Below are positions 1-10,924 of a stretch of DNA of 64,000 bases, one piece after another. Under the pieces are notes generated by a model. The model was given only the letters and a program-made list of their open reading frames with translations, was not told where the DNA came from and searched no databases. The DNA comes from Balanoglossus misakiensis (Eukaryota; Animalia; Hemichordata). Made by a program: the position numbers and the translations under genes. Each line of letters opens with the position of its first letter. Position 1 is the first letter of the stretch. The stretch covers positions 14,515,903 to 14,579,902 of the forward strand of contig CM082577.2 in the NCBI GenBank assembly GCA_040954595.2, written 5' to 3'.

Positions 1-25
1 CACGCATGCGCAACCATTATTGACA

Positions 26-1160
26 ATGACGCCGTGATTTTGCTGAGCCTATAAACAATCGTAGCTGATCGTCAATGCCATACCCTTATATAGCGATGTT
101 ACCAACTCGCAGCCCGTCATATTGCTATCGCCATGGCATCGTCGGGTGGTTCTCCATACCCTAGTGAAGTTTATAAATCAACGAGTTCCCGAGAGTTAAG
201 TCTCAGAGAAAGTTTATTGTTCACTGACAGCAGCTGTGTGGCCCTGGCTGAATCAAATCTGTACGTGGACACTGCTGGGCGTGTCCGATGTATTTGCTGC
301 AAATTCAAACCTCGAGACTGTTTTTCACAAGCGCGAATAGGAGCCTTGGTCTTCGAGCATTATGTGTTTAACCAATCCTGCTACAGCCATAATGAACACC
401 GATATCCGAGAAGTGTACATGACAAAATGGAACATATTGGTTACATGTTGAAATTAGGGCGAGAGCGTGGACTAAGGTTTAAATTCATTAAACTGTTACG
501 CCACTGCAGACAACTCAGGCCATCCTGTCCATTCCAGGAAATTGTGATTATGGCTATATACTGCATCTCAGTGCACATTGTCGGGCCTGCCGTTCGTGTA
601 AATCACATTTCTCTTCCTGCTATGAAGAACTATGCACGTCGCCATATAGATGTTGGCAAAATGCACGGACCCTTGGTTGACTACTTACACAAGGCCTTCG
701 TGCAAGTCGCTGGTTATGATCCTTGGACAAACCCCCACGAACTATGTAGGGAAGCATTTAAAAATCAAAGGTTTTACTTTTGTGACGGAGGCTGTGCTCG
801 GTGCGATGTATGCAATTTCATGTTAGAACATGTCGTACCACCAGCTGATATAGATGACAATTACATTTGTAAAATATGTTACCACAAACCCGTCACATTA
901 GTTTCTAATTGCGGTCACCCTATTTGTGATGGTTGTTATACTAGGGTGAGGTTTTCAGACATTCCAAATCTGTGTCCGTTCTGTCGACAACCATTGCACT
1001 CCTTTATAACTATAAAATTTATGTGTTGTGTCGGTGTTTGCGGGACCTGAGCGAGTCGCACTGAATTTCAAGGTTGTATTCCATAATACACGATTTACTA
1101 GCAATTAAGCCTACGCAACTATTCTTTATTATGACGCTGTGATTTTGCTGAGTCTAGAAA
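26..1160 (+). repeat. 30-bp dispersed direct repeat flanking the IAP-like gene (26-55 and 1131-1160)
   Basis: ATGACGCCGTGATTTTGCTGAGCCTATAAA vs ATGACGCTGTGATTTTGCTGAGTCTAGAAA (3 mismatches). Confidence 0.7.
133..1050 (+). CDS. IAP-like protein: divergent BIR domain(s) plus C-terminal RING-HC
   Basis: BIR-like pattern LAESNLYVDTAGRVRCICC..EHYVFNQSC; a second partial BIR (RFYFCDGGCARCDVC); C-terminal RING CKICY..CGHPICDGC..CPFCRQ. Confidence 0.75.
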   Translation: MASSGGSPYPSEVYKSTSSRELSLRESLLFTDSSCVALAESNLYVDTAGRVRCICCKFKPRDCFSQARIGALVFEHYVFNQSCYSHNEHRYPRSVHDKMEHIGYMLKLGRERGLRFKFIKLLRHCRQLRPSCPFQEIVIMAIYCISVHIVGPAVRVNHISLPAMKNYARRHIDVGKMHGPLVDYLHKAFVQVAGYDPWTNPHELCREAFKNQRFYFCDGGCARCDVCNFMLEHVVPPADIDDNYICKICYHKPVTLVSNCGHPICDGCYTRVRFSDIPNLCPFCRQPLHSFITIKFMCCVGVCGT

Positions 1161-1651
1161 GAACTGATGTTGACTTTTGAGTAACTCATTTAGAACAGAC
1201 CGAGTAGGGCGCATTCGAAACTCGTCTTGAAAATACAATGTGAATTCATGCAGTGCTTATGTCGGTGAATAAAATAATCGTTGGTTGTATTCACAAAGTG
1301 TGTTCGGCTGTCTTTCTTCCCTTTACCCCGATGAGTGACCACTTGAATAAATGACTGTACGAAAAAATGTATTGAGTACGAATAGTCGTCGAATCCAGAG
1401 TTTTTCGGTACCAGTTCGTGTATATAATTTCCTGTCAAACGAAGGTATTCGAGACCCATGCAACTGGGGGCGCTACATAATCGGGGTTTTGCCTACGGTG
1501 GTCGCGCTCCGGCCAGCGCCATCACCCTGTAATGGTCATTCCGCTCGCTTGCGTTCTGACTGTAAAGTAATGACCAGCTTTCAACTCCTACAGTTAGTCT
1601 GAATTCATTTACTGTATACATTGCTCTTATTTATGTGTGTGGCAATAAATT

Positions 1652-3736
1652 ATGAGTGCCATGGATGAAAATGTACAGCTCGTGGTTGGGAGAAACGTGT
1701 ACAGTTTCTTTACCCACAAAGTTTGCCAGTCTATTCCTTACATAGAAAGTATGATGCAGTTTGAGCGCATGCGGTCGAGTTATAACGGCGTCTTGCAACT
1801 CAGCAATTCAAACATTCCAGACACACACTGGCACTTATTTCTCGGTTTTTTAAATTTAGGTAGAATACCACCTCTTGTTCGATACACAGATGTTAATGGC
1901 GGCGCAGCTACTTTCGCCATAGAAGAACACAATCTGGCGGAAGTTGCAGTAACAGCGGACTTCTTGCTCATGACGTCATTTACTCGGGCCCTCTCCCAGT
2001 TAATATTAGAAAGGTCCACGCTCTTTTCTGGTAATTGCGTTCAGTCTATGCACAATCTATTTATATTTTTCGATCAGATCAGTCGAAAAATACCGCACGA
2101 AAACGACTTGATAGACACTGCGGCTGCATTGTGTGCTCAAGTCACGGCAAATTTTCGGGGCGTTTCTGTCGGAAGGTTATGGTGTTTAGACACGTTAAGG
2201 CGATTTGTATTACGCAGGAATAGATTTATGGGGACCGAGAGAGACATATACACCACCGTGTATTGTTGGTTTGAACATTACAGACGTGAATTTGAGGCGA
2301 ATAGCAACCCGTTATCGTTTATCGAAATATTGTTGGCCATATGGCCCAACACTCCCATCCTCCAGTCGGAGATATATGACTTGGCATTTGGTATTATTAT
2401 GAGATATCTTGGGCAAGAGAACGGCTTAACGAAATACATAGATAACATATCTCATGAATTGTCTGATCGGGAACTCTTTGGTATAAACATACAACCATCC
2501 GACATTCACCATCGTATCGTGGAAGCACATGCAAAAACTATTCTTGATTCCATTAAAGCTACTTGGCGAAAAAACTACAAGCAACCTATAGATTGTACAT
2601 ATTCATATTTATTGATGGATCGAGATAAACTTCAATCTTACAATATGTACACAAATAACTGGTCGGATCTGCCCAATACGGATATGTTCTACAATAGTAT
2701 ATTTCCACCACCATCATCAAAATGTAGGCTATATGACGTCATGGTTGTCAGTGAAAGAAATAGTGTGTTTTGTCTGTTTAGACAAGATAACTTTTTGGTT
2801 CTTATTGTGAACCATATTGGGGATAACGATAGCCTTGTTTTGGGAGAATGTGGCTGGAAAGTTGTGTTCAATATAGCATTACAGCTAGGGGGGCTACCGT
2901 TGAATCCGCGTGGGTTTTACCAAATGTGCAACTTCGAGGAGTTTCTCATCATGAAAGATTCTACATCTCCGCATATAACGTGTGTTCACAGAGAAGGGCC
3001 GTGGAAAACGTTCAGGGATTGCAATGTACTGTTTTCAACGACGTACATCAGTGTCAAACCTGAATGGGAAATAAGAGACAAAACAATATGTCCAGTGTAT
3101 TCAGGCGAGAACCATCATAAGTTGTTTTGCGACATCTATGTTGTTGGCCCGGCATCCGAGTTATCCTTGTGCGTGTTAACGGTGGAGATCGATAAAATAT
3201 GCTGCAAAACACACATAGAATACGACCTTGTTGAGCAGAGGGTGCTTTTTGGTATGAAGTTAGAACGTTCAATAGCCACCCCCGACCTTGAAGAAGGGAA
3301 TTACATGCCTTCACTGTTCTTCTTATCAGCAATAGGGCTGGTGTGTTTGGGTAGGTTGAATATATCACACGACCGACAAGGACAGTATATGTTGATAAAC
3401 ATTCAGTGTTACAAGTACATCAAACACGACCAGTGTTGGGAACGCATTGATTTGTCGCATGGGTCATTCCAAACAGATGCATCTTGGGAAAGTGTTAGTC
3501 TGGAGTATAGTACACAGTCGCACGCGCTACCTCTCAAGGGTCATCTTGACGGGCCTCACACGTTGGTATTGTATGACGGGGACCGTCAAGAGAACCACGT
3601 AAAGCATTTATTTTCTCGAATGAACGTCGTAATAGATTTGTCAATACAAAATATAGAGGTTCGACCGCTATGTTCAGGTAGGATTACTTGTCCGTGTTCT
3701 CAGCATGGTAACCGAGACGGCAAAATATCTATGTAA
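1652..3736 (+). CDS. BTB-BACK protein with a divergent beta-rich (kelch-like?) C-terminus
   Basis: VQLVVG..THKVCQSIPYIESM and NLAEVAVTADFLLM fit BTB; TERDIYTTVYCWFEH fits BACK. Confidence 0.7.
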   Translation: MSAMDENVQLVVGRNVYSFFTHKVCQSIPYIESMMQFERMRSSYNGVLQLSNSNIPDTHWHLFLGFLNLGRIPPLVRYTDVNGGAATFAIEEHNLAEVAVTADFLLMTSFTRALSQLILERSTLFSGNCVQSMHNLFIFFDQISRKIPHENDLIDTAAALCAQVTANFRGVSVGRLWCLDTLRRFVLRRNRFMGTERDIYTTVYCWFEHYRREFEANSNPLSFIEILLAIWPNTPILQSEIYDLAFGIIMRYLGQENGLTKYIDNISHELSDRELFGINIQPSDIHHRIVEAHAKTILDSIKATWRKNYKQPIDCTYSYLLMDRDKLQSYNMYTNNWSDLPNTDMFYNSIFPPPSSKCRLYDVMVVSERNSVFCLFRQDNFLVLIVNHIGDNDSLVLGECGWKVVFNIALQLGGLPLNPRGFYQMCNFEEFLIMKDSTSPHITCVHREGPWKTFRDCNVLFSTTYISVKPEWEIRDKTICPVYSGENHHKLFCDIYVVGPASELSLCVLTVEIDKICCKTHIEYDLVEQRVLFGMKLERSIATPDLEEGNYMPSLFFLSAIGLVCLGRLNISHDRQGQYMLINIQCYKYIKHDQCWERIDLSHGSFQTDASWESVSLEYSTQSHALPLKGHLDGPHTLVLYDGDRQENHVKHLFSRMNVVIDLSIQNIEVRPLCSGRITCPCSQHGNRDGKISM

Positions 3737-3844
3737 CGCGGTGTAAGAAGAAAAGGTTGACTGGTTCTCCACACTGTATATAATACAGTGTGTTCAAGTC
3801 AGACGTTCAGTCGTTTTCTATCGCTGAACCAAGAACTGTGTACG

Positions 3845-5518
3845 ATGGCTAATATACTGAAATACTCGAGTCGACTTGCGTTTGATCCCATAACCCCGGA
3901 ATTGTTAAACATATTCGCGGACAATGATATTAAATGTCCAAACGTCTGTTCCAGAGAGTATAACTCCAGAAGTTTATCGTATCTCCTGTGTAAGACGGGA
4001 TCTCAAGCGTTCCCAAATTACGATATAAGTAAATTCAAACTTATCGATTCCAAAGCTATCCTGAGTGGCGACGTGGACATCTTTTTATCTGAACTGGTTC
4101 ACACGCCATTCTTTGCTAGCATTGCTATGCGTATAATAGCAGAGGTTACCGGAAGAGCCTATAACAAATACGATCCAATGGTGAAAGACGACAGACAGTG
4201 GGTAATGAAAGCTATAGAAGAAACTGATTGCAACCAACCAAATGACATTTTCAACTTGACTGGACTACGTCTCGAAAAGAAGAAACTCAAAAAAGACAAG
4301 GCTGACACTGGTTCGAACAAGTTTTCACATTATGATGTTGTTTTCCAATTTGGTGACAGCGCAAAAGTAGTAACACTACCAGGAGATTGTGATGATAACA
4401 TTGTAGATTGTTTTGATGCGACTGACAAAATTGTGGCGCGTCCTGCCTTACAGACGACAGAATTGAAGACGGGCACACAGCTAGTCGGATATTCCAACGT
4501 TTCGTTTAAGGGTAACTTTTGTATCACAGACGAAGAATTGGATACTGTCAAAGGGCAGATGAAATCACGTGGTGGTTCCTTGATAGGTGCAAACCATCTA
4601 CGACAGATTGATAGTGCCCGCTATATAATAGGGCTGTCATGTCGTTTTGGCGAATATGGAAACATGAAATTTCTGAAACTTCAGTTAGTCTATCTGATCG
4701 TTCAGTGTAGATATTTATATCTCTGCATGATTGAAGACAAAGACAACCCTCTCTATTCAGAAGTCAGACTGAGAGATGATGTTGACTTGAACACTTTCAG
4801 TTCGTTGTTTACGCAAGAACTACGGAAACTTTTTTACGGAGAAAACGACAACATAGGCCGTAAACTCAAATTGGCTGATGATATGCCCACATCAATATAC
4901 AACAAACACCTTGCTTCAGTCACCATGAGATCTTTTTATGAAGTCGGTCTCGAACAAAGAAACGGGAATCTGTTGGCGAAAGAAGCTATAAACACCAGTG
5001 CCGACGTTCAAAGTCAGGTTGCAGCGTTTTCCGATGTATTACGGCGTTCTAAGAGAGAATATAAACCTCTGCATATAGTCTACCACCCAGCTGTTGTACC
5101 AATGAACCGCGATAAAAGTAGCATAAGGGTTCCGCAGAATGTGAGGATTTACATAAGTGACTCGAAACGCGAGTCCAATGACCCGCCAGATGCCATGAAT
5201 GCCGCCCTCAAAATAATCTGTTACGGCAGTAAAGAGATAAAAAAAAACGTGGTGATGTCGTCGTTGTTAGACTCTGTCCAAGTTGTGCCATGGAAAGCTG
5301 TCTTTGAGAAAGATACTTCTTTGCAACAATCTACCGAATTAGACCAATCTAGTCTTGCACTCGCTGTCCAGAATATCGTTTGCCATTTGAATAGCAGTGA
5401 AGAAGAAGCGTGTGAAATGCTAGCCATCCCATGGGCCGATTATCTGGCGTCTAAAAACGAACAGTTGGCTATCTGTGCCGAGCCCGACGCCAAACGCATG
5501 CGAATTACAAGTAATTAG
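3845..5518 (+). CDS. Hypothetical viral protein with C-terminal NLS-like motif (PDAKRMR)
   Basis: Long open ORF, ATG at 3845, AATAAA downstream. Confidence 0.7.
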   Translation: MANILKYSSRLAFDPITPELLNIFADNDIKCPNVCSREYNSRSLSYLLCKTGSQAFPNYDISKFKLIDSKAILSGDVDIFLSELVHTPFFASIAMRIIAEVTGRAYNKYDPMVKDDRQWVMKAIEETDCNQPNDIFNLTGLRLEKKKLKKDKADTGSNKFSHYDVVFQFGDSAKVVTLPGDCDDNIVDCFDATDKIVARPALQTTELKTGTQLVGYSNVSFKGNFCITDEELDTVKGQMKSRGGSLIGANHLRQIDSARYIIGLSCRFGEYGNMKFLKLQLVYLIVQCRYLYLCMIEDKDNPLYSEVRLRDDVDLNTFSSLFTQELRKLFYGENDNIGRKLKLADDMPTSIYNKHLASVTMRSFYEVGLEQRNGNLLAKEAINTSADVQSQVAAFSDVLRRSKREYKPLHIVYHPAVVPMNRDKSSIRVPQNVRIYISDSKRESNDPPDAMNAALKIICYGSKEIKKNVVMSSLLDSVQVVPWKAVFEKDTSLQQSTELDQSSLALAVQNIVCHLNSSEEEACEMLAIPWADYLASKNEQLAICAEPDAKRMRITSN

Positions 5519-5715
5519 CCCGTACACAGTTGATTGACGAACATTTTTTAGTTATAATTATATGTGTTAGTTGAATAAAATATATGCTAATATTTAACGG
5601 AGATCGAACATTGACTATTCAGTTATAGTTGAAATAGAACTGAATACCCGTTTTCTTTAATTTTAACATTGCCGATCGTTAGGAATAGACTCATAGATTG
5701 CAATAAACTATCTTG

Positions 5716-6384
5716 TTACACTAAATGTTTAGTCGACCCTGGTAGATTATTATATTTCGGGTTGCTAGTCTCATTCAAAGTCCACACTAGCATATCGGTT
5801 ACAGTTGACGCAGAACAGTTCGCCATCAGATTGACATCCACGAATTTATCCACGTTTAGAACCACCCAGCAGGCACGAAGCAAAGGTTCTAGAGATGTAC
5901 AGACAGCAATGTGAATTAGTTCATCCGAATTTTGGCTATGACTAGTTAAGAAATTATCCAATGAGCCATATTTCAGCCACTTGTTCGCGCTCATATTATG
6001 CCAAAGCGCAACTCTGTCCGGCAAGGCCCTCAAACACGACAGTTTATTTGTTTGAACACCGGACCACATACAAACGCCATCGTCGCAATAGTCCAATTTT
6101 TTCCTTTTGGAAGGTACAGGTATATGCGCTGAAGTCTTTGGGACAAACACGTGCGTTTCCATCAATTGAAATAATTCTTGGCTAGACATAGTACCGGCGA
6201 ACCATCTCAGATGTACGTCTTGAGCCTGCATTGCCCAGTAGTCGTCGAATTCATCCTTTGCGGTCATATATCGGATGACGATATCATCGCTAACCTTTCC
6301 CTCATTACAATTAGATTGAAATAGTGTATCGTGCAAATAGGCGTCTCTGAGGACAATGTATTCATCGAACGATGTCGCACTCAT
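5716..6384 (-). CDS. Hypothetical protein (NLS-like PSKRKK)
   Basis: 222 aa ATG ORF filling the gap between genes; TATA-like element upstream. Confidence 0.6.
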   Translation of the reverse strand: MSATSFDEYIVLRDAYLHDTLFQSNCNEGKVSDDIVIRYMTAKDEFDDYWAMQAQDVHLRWFAGTMSSQELFQLMETHVFVPKTSAHIPVPSKRKKLDYCDDGVCMWSGVQTNKLSCLRALPDRVALWHNMSANKWLKYGSLDNFLTSHSQNSDELIHIAVCTSLEPLLRACWVVLNVDKFVDVNLMANCSASTVTDMLVWTLNETSNPKYNNLPGSTKHLV

Positions 6385-6515
6385 GCCTTATACACGCCGA
6401 ACTACATGACATAAATGAGCCCCCACTATTATATACTGCAATTTTGTTTATTTCATAATTCATTTGTAATTATACAGAGATGTTAGACGATGTGAAGAAA
6501 CAAAAACAATTGTGA

Positions 6516-7097
6516 CTAGTAGGCATCAACCAAGCATGGATTGAGTAGCTTCCTCATAAGTTGTCCAGTGAACTCTTCGTGGATGATCAAGCACGGAAGT
6601 CGATAGTCGTGGCAGATTTCTAGGAATGTGGACTGGAACTTCTTGTGCACATCGGCTAATTTGTCAAGCGCTCTTATTTCATAGGGTCGACCACGGCTGA
6701 CAATGTTTTTCTTACAATAATCCCAAGCCATATCTTTGAACACAATTATGAATTTATCTAGGTGTCCAAAGGCAGCCCGTATCATATCTTTCTCTGTCAG
6801 TTGTAAGTTGTATGTTTGCCTGATTCGCGAAAATGTCAAGTGTTGAATTATACTAGAGTCACAGATTCGCCCCTTCGACATTCGCCCTTCCGAGTTCCAC
6901 TGCAAATCGAGGGTGTGTTGGATGAATTGTCGTTGAAAATCACCCGGGTCAATTTCACCAGCATAGAAATCGGAAATTTTGGTCGAAAAAGATTCAGTAA
7001 ATTCGGGTACACACTCATATTCCAGCTCTCTGGCGACATAAAATGCATCGTGAGATTTACCGCAACCGATTGGGCCGTTAAGGAATATGGTGGCCAT
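6516..7097 (-). CDS. Deoxynucleoside kinase (dNK family)
   Basis: P-loop GPIGCGKS, VPE motif, ICDSSI (ERS-like), lid RGRPYE. Confidence 0.85.
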   Translation of the reverse strand: MATIFLNGPIGCGKSHDAFYVARELEYECVPEFTESFSTKISDFYAGEIDPGDFQRQFIQHTLDLQWNSEGRMSKGRICDSSIIQHLTFSRIRQTYNLQLTEKDMIRAAFGHLDKFIIVFKDMAWDYCKKNIVSRGRPYEIRALDKLADVHKKFQSTFLEICHDYRLPCLIIHEEFTGQLMRKLLNPCLVDAY

Positions 7098-7307
7098 CCA
7101 ATGAGTTTACTACAGTTTGTGTCGGGTCTATTTATACCATTCGTTACGACTACGATGATCAGAACCAAACGCTTCCGATAATGATTTGTTGCATGTGGAT
7201 CAACTAGGGGATGTCGCATGTTGTCCGTGTTCCGGAGTGTGAGAGCAACCACTATCCAAATTTAATAAAGATTTGTTTCGCAACAGCCTCTCAGTATTAC
7301 GGAGATC

Positions 7308-8216
7308 ATGACGGCTCATAGTTCTGCCAGACCCCATGATATCCCGTCCACGTGCATGTTTGATACATGTGAAAATACGCCACTCTCATACTGTTCCGTA
7401 CGGTACGGTGCATTGGAAGAAGAAATTCATCTGCACTACACTAGTGGCCTGAATAACGTAGAGAATGAAAGAGCGTACGCTCTTTGGGCCATAAATACAT
7501 CCTTAGAAGAGCCTAAAGCGATCAACTTTAACAATGGATTGCATCTTGCCTGGAAAACCGTCAACTTTGTTTCTTCTCCAAAAGCCGTTGTGTTAAACAC
7601 GAGCATGACAAGTCTCGCCGCTTGTGGTTATGAACCGTACAAATTGATATCATTGGTAGTAAGTCGGCGCCTAAAAACACCCTCTGTTAAGGCTTCTGTC
7701 GTTAGTGCATTCTGGGTAACGTCGGCACTCTCAAACTCTTACATTAAGTGCACCCTATTGAACCAAATGTTTATCGACCATTATCCTAGTATGCATTATA
7801 TATTTTTCACTGTTTTGGACAGTTTAGACAATTCTATCATGCGAAATAATGTATACGAATTCGCAAAAAAACTAGAGTACATATGTCATTCAGACTACAA
7901 AAAACAAGACCAGATTGTCCGCGCCATGCTCGCGCCGATAGCGTTAAAAAGCAGTGTTGAGGACACGACAATTAGACGGATACGTGTAGGTCATGGTATT
8001 TATGACCGTAAGGTCGGTGTGACCAGTGACACTATAAACATAATAGTTCCAGACCGCTGCTGGCCGTACGCATGGCATGACTGTACTCTGATCTATTCAT
8101 CAAAGATTAAAACGTACGAGAGGACTGACGAGAGAATCAGGTGGTTATCGTCCGCCTTTCTGAATGTATCGGATCTTCCAGACACTTTATTGCGTATGTT
8201 CAAACCTCTGGTGTAA
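7308..8216 (+). CDS. Hypothetical viral protein
   Basis: 302 aa ATG ORF, tandem with the next gene. Confidence 0.65.
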   Translation: MTAHSSARPHDIPSTCMFDTCENTPLSYCSVRYGALEEEIHLHYTSGLNNVENERAYALWAINTSLEEPKAINFNNGLHLAWKTVNFVSSPKAVVLNTSMTSLAACGYEPYKLISLVVSRRLKTPSVKASVVSAFWVTSALSNSYIKCTLLNQMFIDHYPSMHYIFFTVLDSLDNSIMRNNVYEFAKKLEYICHSDYKKQDQIVRAMLAPIALKSSVEDTTIRRIRVGHGIYDRKVGVTSDTINIIVPDRCWPYAWHDCTLIYSSKIKTYERTDERIRWLSSAFLNVSDLPDTLLRMFKPLV

Positions 8217-8222
8217 TCCGAA

Positions 8223-8804
8223 ATGACAATGGGAGACACGTTATACAGTAATGTGCATAGTGCCTGGGAGAACGTTTCCACCTTGGATATAACCATGGTG
8301 TTAGAGCAAGCCCATCCACAGACAACATGTTGCATCAATTGCACTGGTCTTGGTGGGAAGGTCATATATTCCCCCGGCGGATGCACCTGTCTGATATCAA
8401 AGATGAAACTCCCTAGTAAAGACCCCTCTTTTCAAGACAAACGGGTTTTTGAACATCCTACCATACATATGATAGTTCATTTGATGTCGTTTTTCTCAGA
8501 GAGTGTGGATTTCCAGGAGGACAAGTTCATTTTTAGGGAGATTGTACATGTTGGGCCCGACATAATTTCATTGATCATAGGTGCCCAGGACCTCAGAGGA
8601 GTATGTAATATTAAAGAGAGAACGTTGACTGTAACCGTTATACAGAGTCCGTCTATACTAATAAAGATTGAACCGTTAAACAAAGACCAGGAGCTGTCTT
8701 CACTGGTAACTAAATTGGCGCACCACACCTTTATTAAGAAAGGGATGAATCGACAAAGGTTGGCAAAGAGAAGACGGGTGAAAAGGCTACGCAAGATAAA
8801 CTAA
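8223..8804 (+). CDS. Hypothetical protein with Cys cluster and basic C-terminal NLS
   Basis: TCCINC..GCTC; RQRLAKRRRVKRLRK. Confidence 0.6.
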   Translation: MTMGDTLYSNVHSAWENVSTLDITMVLEQAHPQTTCCINCTGLGGKVIYSPGGCTCLISKMKLPSKDPSFQDKRVFEHPTIHMIVHLMSFFSESVDFQEDKFIFREIVHVGPDIISLIIGAQDLRGVCNIKERTLTVTVIQSPSILIKIEPLNKDQELSSLVTKLAHHTFIKKGMNRQRLAKRRRVKRLRKIN

Positions 8805-8991
8805 CTCTATATACGTTTATATACTTACGACTAGCGACTATTTGGCTGACATATTCAAGCCGTAAAATTTGTACCAAGAAGTTGACGAATCGTTCCCGAC
8901 GAAAAAAAAAGCACCGACCATACAGCGCACTTGAAAAGGTTACGCACTAATGAATGTGATTGTCCAAATATAAATCAAAGGCTATATAACA

Positions 8992-10890
8992 ATGGGTCGA
9001 TATGGTTTGGCTCATATTGTAACCGATGTCAAAAGACACGCTTCTGAAATTAGGGACCCTGTGTACGGCGTGCTTGCAGCGGACGTCAACAGGTGGCGAT
9101 TAACAAAACTCCCTGTCCGATGGGAGCATGTACACGGGAGAGGAGAAGGTAGTGAGGACATTGGAAAGTCTTCTATACTATCGAGTAAGGGTATTGGTTA
9201 CGTGAAAAACTGGTGGCTCGATTTTTCGTATCCAGGATCATATTTTGCAGTGGCCGTTTTATTGGAATTGGATGCCAAAGACTATATACAGAGTCCATTC
9301 TCTAGCGTGTTTAATAGCGTGTCATTGAGTCAAGATGCGAAGAATCGAGGGAAGTGCTTCGACATATCTCTAGTCAGAACTGGAGCAAGACATGGTACGC
9401 GTGCCTTGTTCTTTGATGACCTCAATCAAGTTCGTTTGGCAAGTCGCAAATATTTTGGTTTAGACTCAACTTTCACGGATGTCGTAAGTAAATACAAAGC
9501 GATCCGCGGGAGATATAACGCATACAGATCGAACGGTGGCTGCAGACTAAAGTATAAACGTGCAACATCCAACCAACATAATGTCAATATGGACGGTAGG
9601 GCGGACGGCAAAGCGTTGAATCATGAGGAACTGGAAATGACTAACCAGTTTACAAGTAAGCAAGATGCAGATCACGATACGCATGACACCCGAAAGGAAG
9701 GCGAAACACGACTGATACACATGTTAGGACAAAATAATGAAAAGGCCACTGTCCATGAGAGGACAGACTCGCCACGCACTCCTGCACCTAACACTGAAAA
9801 TTCGCTGGCTAAGGAGTTGGCGTTAGTCAGCAAATTGGCACAGAATCTTCCCAAAGAGGACGCTGTACAGTTGATGGAACTGTTTGAGAATCGGGACGAG
9901 AAAATAAATTCCATGGACAATATGGCGTTGACCATGTCGTTACAAGTTCAGAAAATCTTGCAACTAGTCAGTAACATAATGGACGAACAAAACACACCGG
10001 AATCCAGGAAACGCAGGGATGATCTTATGGAACTCCGTCAAAAACTCACCAGAGAGCCCATGGATCAAGGTCATATAAACGCCTCATTTTCGAAACTTGG
10101 TGAATCATACCAAGACATATCGAAGGAAGCAAACAAGGTTCCCAGAGCATCTATGGACGAGGCAGTCAGTAATAAACTGATCGACTACTATAAACGTGTT
10201 ACTAACGTGCTCAAGAAGCAATCAAACCCGGATACAATAAGTGAATCCAATATGTCCTCTTTGAGTAAAGATCAACAGGAACGCATGGCTAGAATTAAAC
10301 AACATATGTCAGAAAGCCCAGACATATACCAATACATACAGTCACTAGAGGCGGCAGTGGATAGTAGTCTACTCCAAGGTATACGTGAAAAATCCCCGCG
10401 ACCACACGGTAGTCTGTCGCGTCATGCTGCGCAACAAAATGCTACCTATAGAGACCGCGACGATGGGTATTCGCCACATTATCACACGCAAAAAATCACG
10501 GGACCTAGTCAGGAGCCCTACCAACGGCGTCAACCAACGCATGAGTGTATGTGTGAGGATTGTCAGCCCATACGTCACACCAAATCTCCCCACCTGCAGA
10601 ACCGACGCCAAGGATCTCCGCAATACCCCATAAAGACCCATCAATCTAAGCACAATTCTGAAGCTATGCAACAGCGCAAAGATGCGACCCAGTGTGATCG
10701 ACAGCAAGACTGTACTGCAAAATCGTGTCGCCAACCGGACTCCGAGGATAAAATCGACGCCAGTTTCAGTGGTCATTCGGAGCACCAACAGACATTCTGG
10801 AAATTGAGGAAGCCAATAGTATACGATAATGATTTTCCGGAAGGATTTTGTGACGACGGACCACCAATAGTCAAGAGAATCAAACATTAG
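8992..10890 (+). CDS. Capsid maturation protease (assemblin/HK97 prohead protease fold) fused to scaffold
   Basis: LPVRWEH (catalytic His), IGYV, SVSLS (catalytic Ser), DISLVRTGARHGT (oxyanion Arg); helical/low-complexity C-terminal scaffold; position beside the capsid genes. Confidence 0.8.
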   Translation: MGRYGLAHIVTDVKRHASEIRDPVYGVLAADVNRWRLTKLPVRWEHVHGRGEGSEDIGKSSILSSKGIGYVKNWWLDFSYPGSYFAVAVLLELDAKDYIQSPFSSVFNSVSLSQDAKNRGKCFDISLVRTGARHGTRALFFDDLNQVRLASRKYFGLDSTFTDVVSKYKAIRGRYNAYRSNGGCRLKYKRATSNQHNVNMDGRADGKALNHEELEMTNQFTSKQDADHDTHDTRKEGETRLIHMLGQNNEKATVHERTDSPRTPAPNTENSLAKELALVSKLAQNLPKEDAVQLMELFENRDEKINSMDNMALTMSLQVQKILQLVSNIMDEQNTPESRKRRDDLMELRQKLTREPMDQGHINASFSKLGESYQDISKEANKVPRASMDEAVSNKLIDYYKRVTNVLKKQSNPDTISESNMSSLSKDQQERMARIKQHMSESPDIYQYIQSLEAAVDSSLLQGIREKSPRPHGSLSRHAAQQNATYRDRDDGYSPHYHTQKITGPSQEPYQRRQPTHECMCEDCQPIRHTKSPHLQNRRQGSPQYPIKTHQSKHNSEAMQQRKDATQCDRQQDCTAKSCRQPDSEDKIDASFSGHSEHQQTFWKLRKPIVYDNDFPEGFCDDGPPIVKRIKH

Positions 10891-10924
10891 CGTGAGAGAA
10901 TAATTTACAACACAGGAAGAAAGA

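Noticed and set aside
1190-1602. Overlapping 83-89 aa ORFs
   Set aside because: No motifs; cannot tell which, if either, is real
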